DNA of 61,692 bases, filler included, from Nemertoderma westbladi (lineage: Eukaryota > Animalia > Xenacoelomorpha): the NCBI GenBank assembly GCA_032718475.1. It is 3 parts of 3 records of this genome, joined end to end, with 100 filler letters (N's around TTAATTAATTAA, not from the genome) between each part and the next. Parts side by side here need not be neighbours in the genome. Positions count along the whole stretch, not along the records: positions 22,668 to 53,824 come from JAUCBJ010004477.1; 2 more parts are not named here. One strand, 5' to 3'. Shown here one piece after another: positions 37,301-50,199 of this stretch. Both the position numbers and the translations under genes were made by a program. Position 1 is the stretch's first letter. Each line of letters starts with the position of its first letter. The notes beneath the pieces were generated by a model that was not told the DNA's origin, did no database searches, and saw only the letters and a list, made by a program, of their open reading frames with translations.

Positions 37301-40300
37301 CAAAAACAATACTAATCTATTTGTATTATCTGACGTGAATATTTGCCGTGAAAATTGACTACAAGTTCAATCTGCATGTGCTTGCTTGCTTGTACTGCTG
37401 CAGCTGTCCGAGGGTAGAAGCAGGTAGAACTCTTCTACAATGGTGACTTTATGAAAGCCGCCACGAAACAAAATGAATTAGACAATATAATTTAATGTGC
37501 AAATTCATGACAGATTTTCATGGCATATTGGATTTGCGGCCAAATTTCAGTCCGTCAGAATCTCTCCAAAACAATGGAATTTATACTATCTGTCTAAAAC
37601 ATTTCCAACATAGGTTTTCTTGGTCCGTGACTTCATTCCTGATATCAGTATTCAAATTTGGAGTCGTGGTTCCTGTCTGTAAGCCTGTCAGTCTACCGTC
37701 AAAATATAACCGACAGCCTGACAGCCAAACAGAAGTCATCAAATGTTAAAACTGACACTCGAAATGGATTCTGCGACCCAGAAAACCCCTACAGTTAAAC
37801 CTTTAGCTAGAAGATCTGCCCTTTATTTGGCGGATAGATTGTCGGATAGTCAGAAAGGCCGACAGACAGACAAACAGACTAACTAGATTTCATTAAAAGA
37901 GAAAACTCACCTCAGAAATGAAATCAGCGACCATGAAAACCCCCATAGTTAAAATCTTAACATGGAAGACCGTTAACTCCTCCGAAACTATACCTATGAA
38001 AGTTATATCAAACTTTAATATTCTTAGGCCTTTCTTTTATTTCAGAATATTTCCGCATTTTTTTTAAGAAAAAACATAAAAAAACGTGGATTTTTAAATT
38101 TTTTTAAAAATGTTGAATATATTTTTACAAAATTGCCAAAAACAGTATCAGATGTAGAAAATGAAAATAAAATAAGTGGCCGAAGAATATGATGAAATTT
38201 AACATACTGTACTGGTTCCAAAAAAGGTGGCATCGAAAAATGAAAATGGGAAATAACATTAATTTTTTTGATTTGATGATTGAATGATTTTTTTAATCTT
38301 ACGCAAGCCGCTAGGGGGCGCTAAAACTTTTTTTTTCAGATTTTCATTTACTTTAGTTCATTCTCATTTCGATGGTACATAGTTTTCTGCGCATTTTTAA
38401 CCATAATGGAGACAAATTAAACAAATTAAAAAAACAACAGGAGTGCGTGAAGGGTGATTGGTTACCCCCCACCCCCCCAAACCGTCAATTATCACGGTAT
38501 TAAGTAATTAAATTGTTGTTGCGAAAACGATGGTCGGTAATTCCAAATTCAATTGGCAGTTGGCACCCCCGGTACCGACCCAACCCGAGGCGTCCTATTA
38601 AAGATCCTACTACTACATTACATTAGACCCTCAGGAAATTATACTTGAGTTTAGGCTGCCAATACTTCCACAAACTGTAACAGATGTGACAAATAGTGTA
38701 CTAATTTATTTATTTAATTTCGCATTGATTTATGACAAACGGTAGTCTAGAAAATATTGAAATTAATTAATTAATCTTAAATTTAATTTGTTTATCCAAA
38801 AAATATATTGATTGGCCAACCGTAACCATTAAATATGAGAAGAATAATTCTTCATTGGCGTGATTTATGTATGCGAATGGAAACTCAGTTTGAAACTAAT
38901 CTTCCTCCAACATTACTGGCTAAATTAACACCAACCACAATCGCTCCTTTATTTATTGCTTACATACTAAATTCACCTCGGATTGGGTTTCTCCCTTTTA
39001 GTCCAGGGGTACACTACTACACCACTATAGACATACCTCCACTTGTCCGATCCTATAGGCTGTGACTCCAGAGCATACAGTAGTTGAATCAGCAACTCAG
39101 ACAATCTATTTAATATGGTGAAGCTTTTAAAGTAAGAGCCAAATTGGTTCTCGGCATGGGGCGTCTTACAGCTGCAGACAATGTTAGTCAGAATGAAGTT
39201 TGGAATATCATGAATCATCAAATAATTTTATTTTTTACAAAAAGAAAGAACAATTTCTTTCCGACTTTTTAATCCGCATTTTCGAGGATGAGGGATAGTC
39301 AAAGGAGTAATAAATGCTATTACTATCTTGAGGAATACTTTCTAAAAAACATTTAACCATTAAACAACTTTCTAAAATAAAAAAAGGATAAATAATTATT
39401 CGATATAAGCGGAAAGTACCGCTTTTTTTTCTTTCATAATTTTACTTTCAATATAATAAATCGTAATTTAATTTCTAAATAATAATAAAAATTTAACTTT
39501 TATGCCTTTTTACATTATTTAGACCTGGGTCCAAAATTCAACTCTTAGCAAAAGGCGATTCGATTCGTTAGAAGGAAGTCAACAGGGTGATGTAGGAAAT
39601 CTTAATGATTTTGTCCTTGTTTAATAATACTAATAATAAATTGTTAAGATCAAATTTAGCATTTTTATTAAAATCTTAATTAAAATATAATTAATTAATA
39701 TTGAATCATATAGTACACAAAACTCAGAGTTCAACATTTTAACAGGAAATTTGACCACGTAGAGTTCAAAATTCCTGTCCCTATAATAGCCGATGAATAT
39801 TTTATTTTCATTTGGTCGTACCCTAGATCCACCACTGCCCCCCCCCCCCCCCCCCCCCCCAAGTAGTGGCGTATTTAAAAATTTTGAAGGGGGGGGGGGG
39901 CAGACCCCCCCCACAACGCCATTCTAGTTTGAATACTTATCGGATGCGCACCATCCAAAATATAAATACGCGCCACACAAGCTTAAAATCTGGCCGCCCT
40001 TGCCTAAATTTGGGCTTGGCACCGAGCCACATCAAAATTTTCTAAACTTGCAACAAAATGGAAATTAAAATAATGAAATTGGTCTATTTGTAAATATGTT
40101 GATAAAATACAGACAAATGCCACATATTTGGCAGATTGGAAATCAGACAATAACTTCAATAACTATGTCCTTTAAGTTATGTAAGCAAACGCGTGCCCGT
40201 GCGTAGCGAGCGGAATTGTTATAATTATGATACATACTGACCTAGTACCAGTACCTAGTATAAATACAGCAACCCTAGTATAGAGGTCGCTTTGGGTATG

Positions 40301-41041
40301 TCAATGATGGTGACGGTGACATACCCCGTAAATCCGCCACAACTGCCCCAAGCCGCAAACCTCCTGTCTGTCTCTATCAGGTGCTGAGAATGTCGAATTA
40401 ATCTGTTACAACATAAGTAATATGCCTCGCCGTTGCATTGGCCCAGAATTAAGGTGTCCTACGACATAACATTGCTCTAATAAAGGGCAGTAAGCCAACC
40501 AAAGGACAGTGTGAGCCGATTAGAATAACCAATCAAATGGATCAATAGATATTAATATTGCAGGAAGGCGGTAAGAGGCAAATTTCAACATTCTGCGGCA
40601 CTGTCTCATTCTCATTTCACTCATTAGGGGTGTGTAGTGGTGTAATGTGTATTACAGTATTCAGGTATTACATTTACATTTTAGGATAGTTGTAGTCAAT
40701 TTAAATTTATGTATGTATACTGATAGGCGATATTGCTACCAGTGCTGTGAGAATGACCGGCATGTAAATTTTGATAACAGATCTGTTATTGATGTTAAGG
40801 TACCGTAGGCTGGAAGGTATTTAGTTAGGTAAGGTACCAGTACCGGTACTAGTTAAGTTTTATACATTATTATACTTTATTGTTAAAATTGGCGTATTTA
40901 CCGATCCGCATATGGCGATGGCGTAGTACTGTAGTACATTTCAGCATGTAGTGGCAGTGGGTAACAGACGTTTCGGTTCGGTATACCGAGCTACACTAAA
41001 GGGATATTTTGAAAAATAAAATTTATTTAGAGTGCTGGTTC

Positions 41042-41816
41042 CAGGTTGGAATTCATGATGCAAAACTCGGACGCGTACCTGCGCGAATGACCGTGTACCA
41101 TATGCTAGATGCGCACTCAGGTGAGAAAGGTGCGTGTTGCGCAGCAGCGCGCAGCTCTTGACTGTCTGTCTAAAGCGCACCCCAAATTAATTCAAATCAC
41201 GAAAATACACAAAAAATTGCGCTCGCTTTGCTCGCGTTTATTTTTCATTTCACATTGTTAAAAGGTCTTTTACCATTTCATCATAATAATTGTGGTGCTG
41301 AAAATTGATCAATTTATTTTAACTATTACAGCTATTACAGCTATTGTTCAGCTGTTGTTATCTTATGTTTAGTTAGTGTATCTATGTATTAAGTATGAGT
41401 TAATTACATAGGCCTACTGTACGTTAATTATTATACACCATTTTTATAAAGTCGAGTAATGCTGTAATGATAATGGATTAATGGATGCGGTAATGGATTA
41501 ACAAATTACTTTTTAATACTTTAATAGGGCCTATTAACAATTTTGATGTTGCATTTACATTTATTCTGTAGATTCAATATGCTAAGATAAGCTTTGAAAC
41601 GTTCAAACGCGTAAAAAAGGAATGAAAAATTGTTCTTATGAGGTCGAGGTGCGCGATATTTTTAATTTTTTGTGATATGCGTTGCGCGATTTTGTAGGAT
41701 TATGATAAGGTGCGCGACGAAGACGAGCCAATTTTAGGTGCGCGGTGATCTCGAAACGCCAAGTTTACCGTACCTGTGTACCTGAGCGCTCACGCATATG
41801 CATGAATTCCTACCTG
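41042..41816. mobile_element. Non-autonomous hAT-like element
   Basis: TIRs CAGGTTGGAATTCATG / CATGAATTCCTACCTG; both flanks contain TGCTGG (decayed TSD). Confidence 0.55.
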
Positions 41817-41929
41817 TGCTGGAGATAATAATTATCTAGTGATCTCTAGATAATTGTTGATTTGATTGGTTGAACTGATTTGGCGGGAAGTTCAAATGCA
41901 TAAGTCAGGTAATGGTGTAGGGTGCAAGA

Positions 41930-42819
41930 AAGGTGTACTAAATAACAGGTCATGCAGCGAGCGGATTGCTGAAATTAGCGGAGGCCGATCGTTTCCCTAT
42001 TTATGGCACTATTTTCATAATATTTCCTTAGAAACTTATTTTATGCTACTTTTGTTAGGTGGATATGATGAATAGGGTTCATAGAAATGTAATAAAATGT
42101 CTTTCTGGAATTTTTATCTTGTAGTTGCCAAGGTAACCGGGTGCAAAGTTCTACCAATTCTATAAAACACCATTTTTATTCGGTTTGTCAGTCTAAATAA
42201 TAAGTTAAAATTGCCAACATTTTATTTTATAATTCGTCAATTGTGAATCATAGTTTTAAGAGTCAATATTTGCAAATAAACTAAACTGTCCAATCAGAGA
42301 GCAAGACCTGTTATAGCATGATTTTGACATTCCAGAATATTAAATTTCGGTTAGCAATTATTAGAAATAAAGGACAATCACCAGGCGTGTTTGTTGAAAA
42401 TTATTTAAGTAGTAAATAGTAGCCCAATTTCAATCTGGCGGTCATAATGGGAAATTATCGTAATTCCCGTCACCATGGAAACGGGATTGAAAAAAAATTA
42501 AAATGTAAAATAATTTGATAGACTTTTATTCCCTTTACTCCTATACCAAATCTCAAGAACAGAAACCCTTGTCGTTTTGAATTACAGGCGCTCGAAATTT
42601 GAACTTTGCACCCGGTTACCTTGGCAACTACAAGATAAAAATTCCAGAAAGACATTTTATTACATTTCTATGAACCCTAGTCATATCCACCTAACCAAAG
42701 ATGCATAAGATGGGTTTCTAAGAAAATATTATGAAAATAGTGTCATAAATAGGGAAACGATCGGCCTCCGCTAATTTCAGCAATCAGCTCGCTGCATGAC
42801 CTGTTATTTAGTACACCTT
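41930..42819. mobile_element. Non-autonomous MULE/Mutator-like element with ~220-bp inverted arms
   Basis: AAGGTGTACTAAATAACAGG ... CCTGTTATTTAGTACACCTT; 9-bp GGGTGCAAG at 41920-41928 and 42820-42828. Confidence 0.8.
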
Positions 42820-44239
42820 GGGTGCAAGGGTGGAACATGCTAATTAATTATAAATCTGTTACCAGTCTGCGGTGTAGAGAATGATGAGATCAGGCATTTT
42901 GAAATGCCCGCCAACAAAACAGTCCAACCAATAGCAATAATCAAAACCAAACAAATAAAAATAATCTATATCGCGCTCTAGATAATAATTATTTTAAGAG
43001 CGCACTAAATAATTAACTAGCCTATGCAGTGTACAATACTACAATCTTGAACTTTGGCAGCGCCGTGGGGATGTGGGGAGGGTGGGCGTGGTGGTCAGCC
43101 CATGACTTTCTTGAGACGCCCCATAAACTATTGGCCCGGGGGGGGGGGGGGGGGGGGGCACTAACCTCCCAAGACCGTAGAATAGTGCTAGGGAGTGGGA
43201 ATGTTTGTTAATATGAGGCATGTTTTCCCTGATCGTAATGGTTGTTATCAGGTTAAATGTGTAACCTCTATCTCATATTGCTCTCGTCATTATTGGTTTA
43301 TTTTGTATAAGTCAGTGGGATAGTTGGTCTGTTGCCTGTAGGGGTTGACAGTATTTGATATTGATGACTTATATTCTGAAGGACTAATAATGCTGCCCGC
43401 CGTGTGGGGAATGGAGGGGAGGTTAATCCTAAGGTCGGTTATGAGTGTTTCATTAATGGTGTAGGAATGGGAGCATTGCGTGGTGGTTGGAAGGTCTGTA
43501 ATTCGAGAGTCACTGGTGTTTGTTTATAGTCCATTAGCTGGAGTCATAAATCAACAGTTGACATGTTTATTCGTTTTAAAAAATTTCCCATAGGTGTTGT
43601 TGGTTTGTTCTTTTCAAGTTGATGCTTGGTGAATATTCAATATAACAGGGTTTTAATTTTATCTCCATCAATAAAATCGCGCTTTAACAATAAGATGATA
43701 GCAAGTGGGGTATCTTTGGGTTGTTGATATCATTATAAATGTAATGAAAAGGCAGTGGTGGTGTGACATTGATTTTAAGTAATCCAATTTTATTCTATTT
43801 TTCTGAAGTTGGGACGGTAGTTTGAGCGTTTTAGAGAAGAAAGTGGGAGATTTAGTTGGAAATTTGTTAGTTGGGTAGTGCGCTATGCTGTATCTTACCC
43901 ATAGGTGCCCAGCCCAACACCTACAGGGGTATTTAAGGAATACCCTACCCTGGGTTAGATGTCTCTAGTGTTGCCACTAAAATTGCAGAACCCTATACCG
44001 CATGGAACTTAAAATCCCTGAAAGTAAAAAATTTGGTAAAATGGGATGAAAGGGCCTGAAAATATGTAAATTAATGCTTCTGAAATATTTCTGAAAAATA
44101 TACATGAAAAGGAAGTAAATATCAGCCATATTAATTGCCAATTTGTTCGTTAGTTTATATAATGCAAGATGAATTACAATCCCAGTATTTGTCAGATTTG
44201 TACAGTACCATTTACCTTATTTTTTAACATGCAAGAGTA

Positions 44240-45545
44240 TGTGGGGCGAGCCACGAAGTTGGCGGAGCCTTAGCGAATTGACACTGTTAGGGGGTGGGTC
44301 AATTTATGCAAATAGTTGTCGTCGTCGTCGTCGTTGTCGTCGTCGTTGTCGTCGTCGTCGTCGTCGTTACGATTTTGACATGCTAATAACTTTGTCGGAT
44401 TTAAAGCTGCCAAGTTGAAAATTTGTAGGTATCAATATGAGCAAAAGTTGAGATTTTTGAGAGACTTTCAGACACCATCAGTGCAATGGTCTCCCGCTAG
44501 AGGGCCACATGTCTAAACATTAAATGCCCTCCCATTTCTTTGCTTTTAATCCGTTTAAGCTGAAACTTGGCAGATATGTATTAGACCATTAGCTGTGACT
44601 TTCAAAGGAGGCGAATCCATCTGCAGTTCTCCAGTCTGCCGCTAGAGGGCCAAAGGTCTGAAAGTGAAATCGTTGTCGTCGTTACGATTTTGACATGCTA
44701 ATAACTTTGTCGGATTTAAAGCTGCCAAGTTGAAAATTTGTAGGTATCAATATGAGCTAAAGTTGAGATTTTTGAGAGACTTTCAGACACCATCAGTGCA
44801 ATGGTCTCCCGCTAGAGGGCCACATGTCTAAACATTAAATGCCCTCCCATTTCTTTGCTTTTAATCCGTTTAAGCTGAAACTTGGCAGATATGTATTAGA
44901 CTATTAGCTGTGACTTTCAAAGGAGGCGAATCCATCTGCAGTTCTCCAGTCTGCCGCTAGAGGGCCAAATGTCTGAAAGTGAAATCGTTGTCGTCGTTAT
45001 GATATTGACATGCTTATAACTTTGTCGAATTTAAAGCTGCCAAGTTGAAAATTTGTTTTGTTGAAAATCAGTTCAACAGTCACCCGCTATAGGACTACTT
45101 TATGCCTGAAAGTGAATAGATTCTCCCGTCTCATTGATTTTAATCAGTTTAAGCTGAATCTTGCCATATATTCTGGACCACATGCTGCGTCTTTGTGGGG
45201 GGGGGGGGGGGGGGGGGGGGGAGATTTAATCGGTCTGCCGCTATACGACGAAATTTCTGAAAGTGAGATCCGTCTCTCATTTCGTTATCCGTTATTCAAG
45301 ATGAAACTTGGCCGATGTACGTATGTACTATTCATCCATAGGCTGTGTCTTTGTGGGGCTGGAGACCCTAATCCATCTTCAGTTCTCACTATACCGCTAG
45401 AGTCAGAAATGTCTGAATAGAAATGAAAGAGGTAAAAAGTGATTAGGCGAAATCTGCTTAAAATTTGCTAATACAGTAATACTTTCGAATTAGTACTTAA
45501 ATTAAATTTAAGTCACGTGCTGCGCGAAGGCCCCACTTCGTGTAA
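44240..45545 (+). mobile_element. Helentron-associated (HINE/pearl-like) element with (GTC)n and internal satellite
   Basis: GTGGGGC start and GCCCCAC end motifs, (GTC)n at 44315-44366, internal 315-bp period (44366, 44681, 44996) built of ~145/170-bp subunits with GAAACTTGG/GAAAATTTG motifs. Confidence 0.7.
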
Positions 45546-47037
45546 GAGTATATGTATTGTATATAAGTATTGACACTCGGCGAAATGATCGGTGAGCATT
45601 GAAATTTATTTAGTAAAAGTTTTGTACACTGTACAGTATTCCATGAAGTGAGATTATGACCGATATTCTCAGTAAATCATGCATTCGTCTTGCAAGCTTA
45701 CCGTTTTAGCTGCACACAAGCACTGTAGGGAGCTCTTTAATAATATTTATTAAGTAAATTTAGGTAACCCCCCCCCCCCCCCCCGTCTTGCTTTAAAACT
45801 TATCAACCCTCCCGAATTCTCTATTGCAGGAATCAAGAAGTCTCACATTCCAGATCAACTTGCCAGAGCTTCAAAAAGAAGACCGTTTATCTGTCTATTT
45901 TTATTTTCCAGCCCTCCTTATACTATCTGTAGGAACTCAACCTTTACCCAAATATGATGAAAGTGCACATTCTCAGGTCATTGCTACCGTAGAATTCAGG
46001 CACCGTGTAGTCTTATATGCTGCTTTAGGCATGTCTCTGATTACTGATTGGCAATAAATTTCAGTTTGAATTATATTGCCAGTGCAGAGACAAAATTGTG
46101 TTTGGGCTATTGGGCTAATGTAGAAATCGATTCTCAATTTAATTACATAAATGCAAACTTATACGCATCTTGTTAAATAAATTGGTTTAGAAATCAAGTA
46201 ATTAAGAAGTTAATCATTTTTGATAAGAGTTTTCAATTTAGTTTTAGTTTTAGATTTTTTTAGATAGATATTATTACGAATTAAATATTACCATATTGTG
46301 AAATTCAAATTGGCTTTTATCAATAATTTTATATTTTTATCTTCCCCCGGTGAATAAATTATCATTAATAATAATACCATACGTGTGCAGCAATCTCTAG
46401 AAAACCACAAGATAACATTACGATTTTGTATTGTAATAATGGTTTGGCTAATTCTTCAGTATTGGAATGGTATTGATGTTGTATTATAATTATAGAAACT
46501 CTATGGAAATTCACATAACAGCACAAATGGCTATTTGGCAAAACTAACCTAATGCATTCTATGTTGTGGGGCGAGCCATGTAGAGAGAGGATACTGCATT
46601 ATACAGTTACATTATATTATACTCTTAGTTTCTGTTTGTTTGTCCACCTGTCTCTATTTCTTAAAATAATAAGACAAACATTTCGAGAACTGCTGGCAGA
46701 TTGATGAGCCTTTTACATATTCATACAACGAAATATAGCGAAGGTTTTCACTTTCAGATTCAGATATTTCGCACTCTAGCGACAGACAGGAGAAATGCAA
46801 ACGTATCACAATAAGCTCGCTTATGGCTTGTCATATCGGCATACAGTATACTATATATAATACTATATCTATATATAATATACTACACAGTGCGCACCTT
46901 GAATAACCATTGCAGTATTTCTATGCAACTCCGGTTCTTTACTTAAACTATGTACACTAGTTTAGATTTCATTTTCCATTAGTTTAATATTTTTTTAATT
47001 TAATATTTGTGATTTGAACTACATGGTAACAAAGTAG

Positions 47038-48360
47038 ATGATGACGTCATTTTCAGCTAAGTTTTCTTCAGAAGAACTAAAACTACTATTTCGCAACAAA
47101 CACGTTGTTATTATAGGGGATTCCATTCTACGTACCGCGTACAAAGATATATTGTTAATGTTGTCGGAGGAGCGATTACTGACCACAGCGGAAGTGAAAT
47201 TACGTGGCGATGCGAGTTTCCAAGGTGACCGCCTGGTGGAAGGAGGTACGATGCATAACGGAACAACCTACAGAGAAGTTCGAGAATTCTCAACCGAGTT
47301 CTATCTCGTTAGATTTTTCTTTGTAACGCGTTGTTACAACGATTATATCCGCAAGGTCGTCCTCCAGTACCTCAAAGAGAACATCCAACCCGACATCGTA
47401 GTCATGGGGTCTACGTTGTGGGACCTCAACCGCTATGGCGCACCCAGACCATGTGTTGAGAACTTCGCAGAGAATTTGAGTAAACTGGTAGGCGTATTGC
47501 CTTCCGTTATTCCGCCGTCCACTATGTTTATTTGGTGGAACGCTTTACCAGTGTCTTTAGACGCCCGGGGTGGTTTCTTAATAGACGAAGACAGAACTTC
47601 CCTCGAGTTGCTAAACAACAACATCCTAGATGCCAACCACCTCGCACAAATCATCCAAAACCAGTCACAAATCAAGAACAGAAACTATTTTGACGCATAC
47701 CGTAGTATGTCTGGTCTTTCCATAGAGTACAAGGCTAAGGATGGCATTCATTGGCATCCGCTGGCTCAACGGTTTATGACAAACTTGCTGCTGACTCACA
47801 TATGCGTTACTGCTGGACTGACGCTGCCCACTGCTATAGAGTTCCCTATACAAAGCTTTGGTCCACCATCGAATGCCAAGAACAAAGGTAAACCGGCTAA
47901 TATTGAAGCTGACCCAACTAATACTCGACCTAGTGAAGTTCTCATGGTTGTTGGTGATGAAAGTTTCGTTAATGTCCGTAGTAAATGCGGGATGGACATT
48001 ATGGCCATAGCGAAACGATTTGGTTCAGCTGTCAAACGGAATATTAAGAAACGCAAACGAACCAGTAAGAGACTCTCTATCCCAAATCAACGTAAAACAA
48101 CTTACAAACCACATGTTTCCGGCACTCCTGTTCTTTTATCGCACTCTAACATACCTAAACCTAACGCCACTATTCCAGTGCCTCATTCTCACTTCCATAT
48201 ACCTAGCCAAGTTGCGCAACCTAACTTTCAATCACGCACTCCCAACGCTAAGGCCGCAACGCTTAGCATTACGCATCTACAACGAGAGAAACTTTCCGGT
48301 AACTTTTTTATAGTTACTTCCCCTTACTGCGTTGTTGGTACGCCCTTCGAAGACATATAA
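47038..48360 (+). CDS. PCED1: PC-esterase domain / SGNH-family protein (PCED1/FAM113-like), single coding exon
   Basis: FSSEELKLLFRNKHVVIIGDSILRTAYKDI, YREVREF, VRFFFVTRCY, PDIVVMGSTLWDLNRYG, DGIHW (GDS and DxxH catalytic motifs); low-complexity basic/Pro C-terminus. Confidence 0.88.
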   Translation: MMTSFSAKFSSEELKLLFRNKHVVIIGDSILRTAYKDILLMLSEERLLTTAEVKLRGDASFQGDRLVEGGTMHNGTTYREVREFSTEFYLVRFFFVTRCYNDYIRKVVLQYLKENIQPDIVVMGSTLWDLNRYGAPRPCVENFAENLSKLVGVLPSVIPPSTMFIWWNALPVSLDARGGFLIDEDRTSLELLNNNILDANHLAQIIQNQSQIKNRNYFDAYRSMSGLSIEYKAKDGIHWHPLAQRFMTNLLLTHICVTAGLTLPTAIEFPIQSFGPPSNAKNKGKPANIEADPTNTRPSEVLMVVGDESFVNVRSKCGMDIMAIAKRFGSAVKRNIKKRKRTSKRLSIPNQRKTTYKPHVSGTPVLLSHSNIPKPNATIPVPHSHFHIPSQVAQPNFQSRTPNAKAATLSITHLQREKLSGNFFIVTSPYCVVGTPFEDI

Positions 48361-49640
48361 ATGTTGCTAGGAAACTGGATTATATTTATTATCTTCGAAT
48401 ACTGCAATATGGTTGATTCATTGCTTTCTAGAAACTTATTTATACTCTAAAATAATATTGACTGTACAAATTGTTCTAGTATTCCATAGCTGATATGCAT
48501 GCTGAAAGACGGTATAGTAGGTATGCAACAGAACTCTGGGCCAATTGTCTGGCTCCTGCTCTGGTTCCGGCTCTGGGAAAATTAATCCGGAGCCAATCCA
48601 GAGCTTATGTTTTTGAAGTTCGAATTAAAATAATAAGTTTTATTTGAAAAAGGCTCTTTTTCTCACTAATATTTTTAAAATTAAGTTAATTAATCTAACT
48701 TATTTTCACTAATTCCCAAAAATTAGTTTAAAAAAAGTATTTTTACCCTGATACCCTGGTGTTTTATATTCTCTGCATCTAACACTTGAGGAATTGGGAG
48801 ATTTAGATTACGACACGCTATATGTTTGTCATTAATCACTTCTGTTTTTTTTTACTAATAACTACGTTAAGTTGTAATAAGCCAACCTCTAGAAGGCATC
48901 CATAATTTGGTGTTTTGAACCCTCACAGATAGAAGTACTTTTACCAACCGTATATTCAATGACTCCATAGATTTTATATTATAAGACATCCATGATTCAA
49001 CCATATAGACAATAGACAATAGGAGGACAATAGGCAGCCTTCGAAAACACGTTTTTTGTAGATAGATAGATAGGTAGCGCCTGGAGCGCTTTTTATTGAC
49101 AATTACTTACTACTGTATACAGTACACCGTAAACAGTATACAGTAATAATGACATGTAATGTAATGTACATTAATGGAATGTCACTGTTTTTACCACAAA
49201 ATATCCTAAATTTAGTTACAGAGTCGCTGCATGCTTTTTCGTGTAGCTTTAGCAAGGTATACATTTTATCGTCGGCAGATCCAATAAAAATATCAATAAA
49301 GATCCTAAGTATATACTCAGAACAATGGTCTATTGTTAAGTCTCCCCACAATTATTCGTTTCCTGTCAATATTACACACATATTGACATTAATATTACAA
49401 TAATATTACCTACACAATCGGTAAAAATATATAGTACAATCGGCCGCTGCATTGTAGTTGCATTAATAATGATATGGTATGGTGGCTCATGAATAATAGT
49501 GCTGCCATAAATCCCTATCACCTATATGACTTTCAAGAGATTATCCACATCTTAGGTCAGTGTCCTTTCAGAGGGTATCAAGAATGTCATAAGCTGACCA
49601 TCATTGTGCACTGGCTGGTCCTCGCAGCGAAAGCAATGTC

Positions 49641-50140
49641 CTACACGAAGTGGGGACTTCGCGCAGCACGAAGTTGGCAGAGCCTTAGCGAATTGACACT
49701 GTTAGGGGGTAGGTCAATTTATGCAAATAGTCACGTTGGCCCTCTAGCGGCAGACTGGAGAACTGCAGATGGATTCGCCTCCTTTGAAAGTCACAGCTAA
49801 TGGTCTAATACATATCTGCCAAGTTTCAGCTTAAACGGATTAAAAGCAAAGAAATGGGAGGGCATTTAATGTTTAGACATGTGGCCCTCTAGCGGGAGAC
49901 CATTGCACTGATGGTGTCTGAAAGTCTCTCAAAAATCTCAACTTTTGCTCATATTGATACCTACAAATTTTCAACTTGGCAGCTTTAAATCCGACAAAGT
50001 TATTAGCATGTCAAAATCGTAACGACGACGACGACGACAACGACGACGACAACGACGACGACAACTATTTGCATAAATTGACCCACCCCCTAACAGTGTC
50101 AATTCGCTAAGGCTCCGCCAACTTCGTGGCTCGCCCCACA
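49641..50140 (-). mobile_element. Rearranged inverted copy of the HINE-like element
   Basis: 49735-50140 is the reverse complement of 44240-44655; 49668-49730 repeats the 5' block in forward orientation. Confidence 0.8.
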
Positions 50141-50199
50141 AAGCAGAGACGGCTCTGTTAAAGTGTCAAACTTGGGGTGACTAATGAGTCCCATCCAAT

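Noticed and set aside
43030-43950. Strand-biased segment resembling decayed retroelement coding sequence
   Set aside because: No recognisable protein motif could be recovered by eye.
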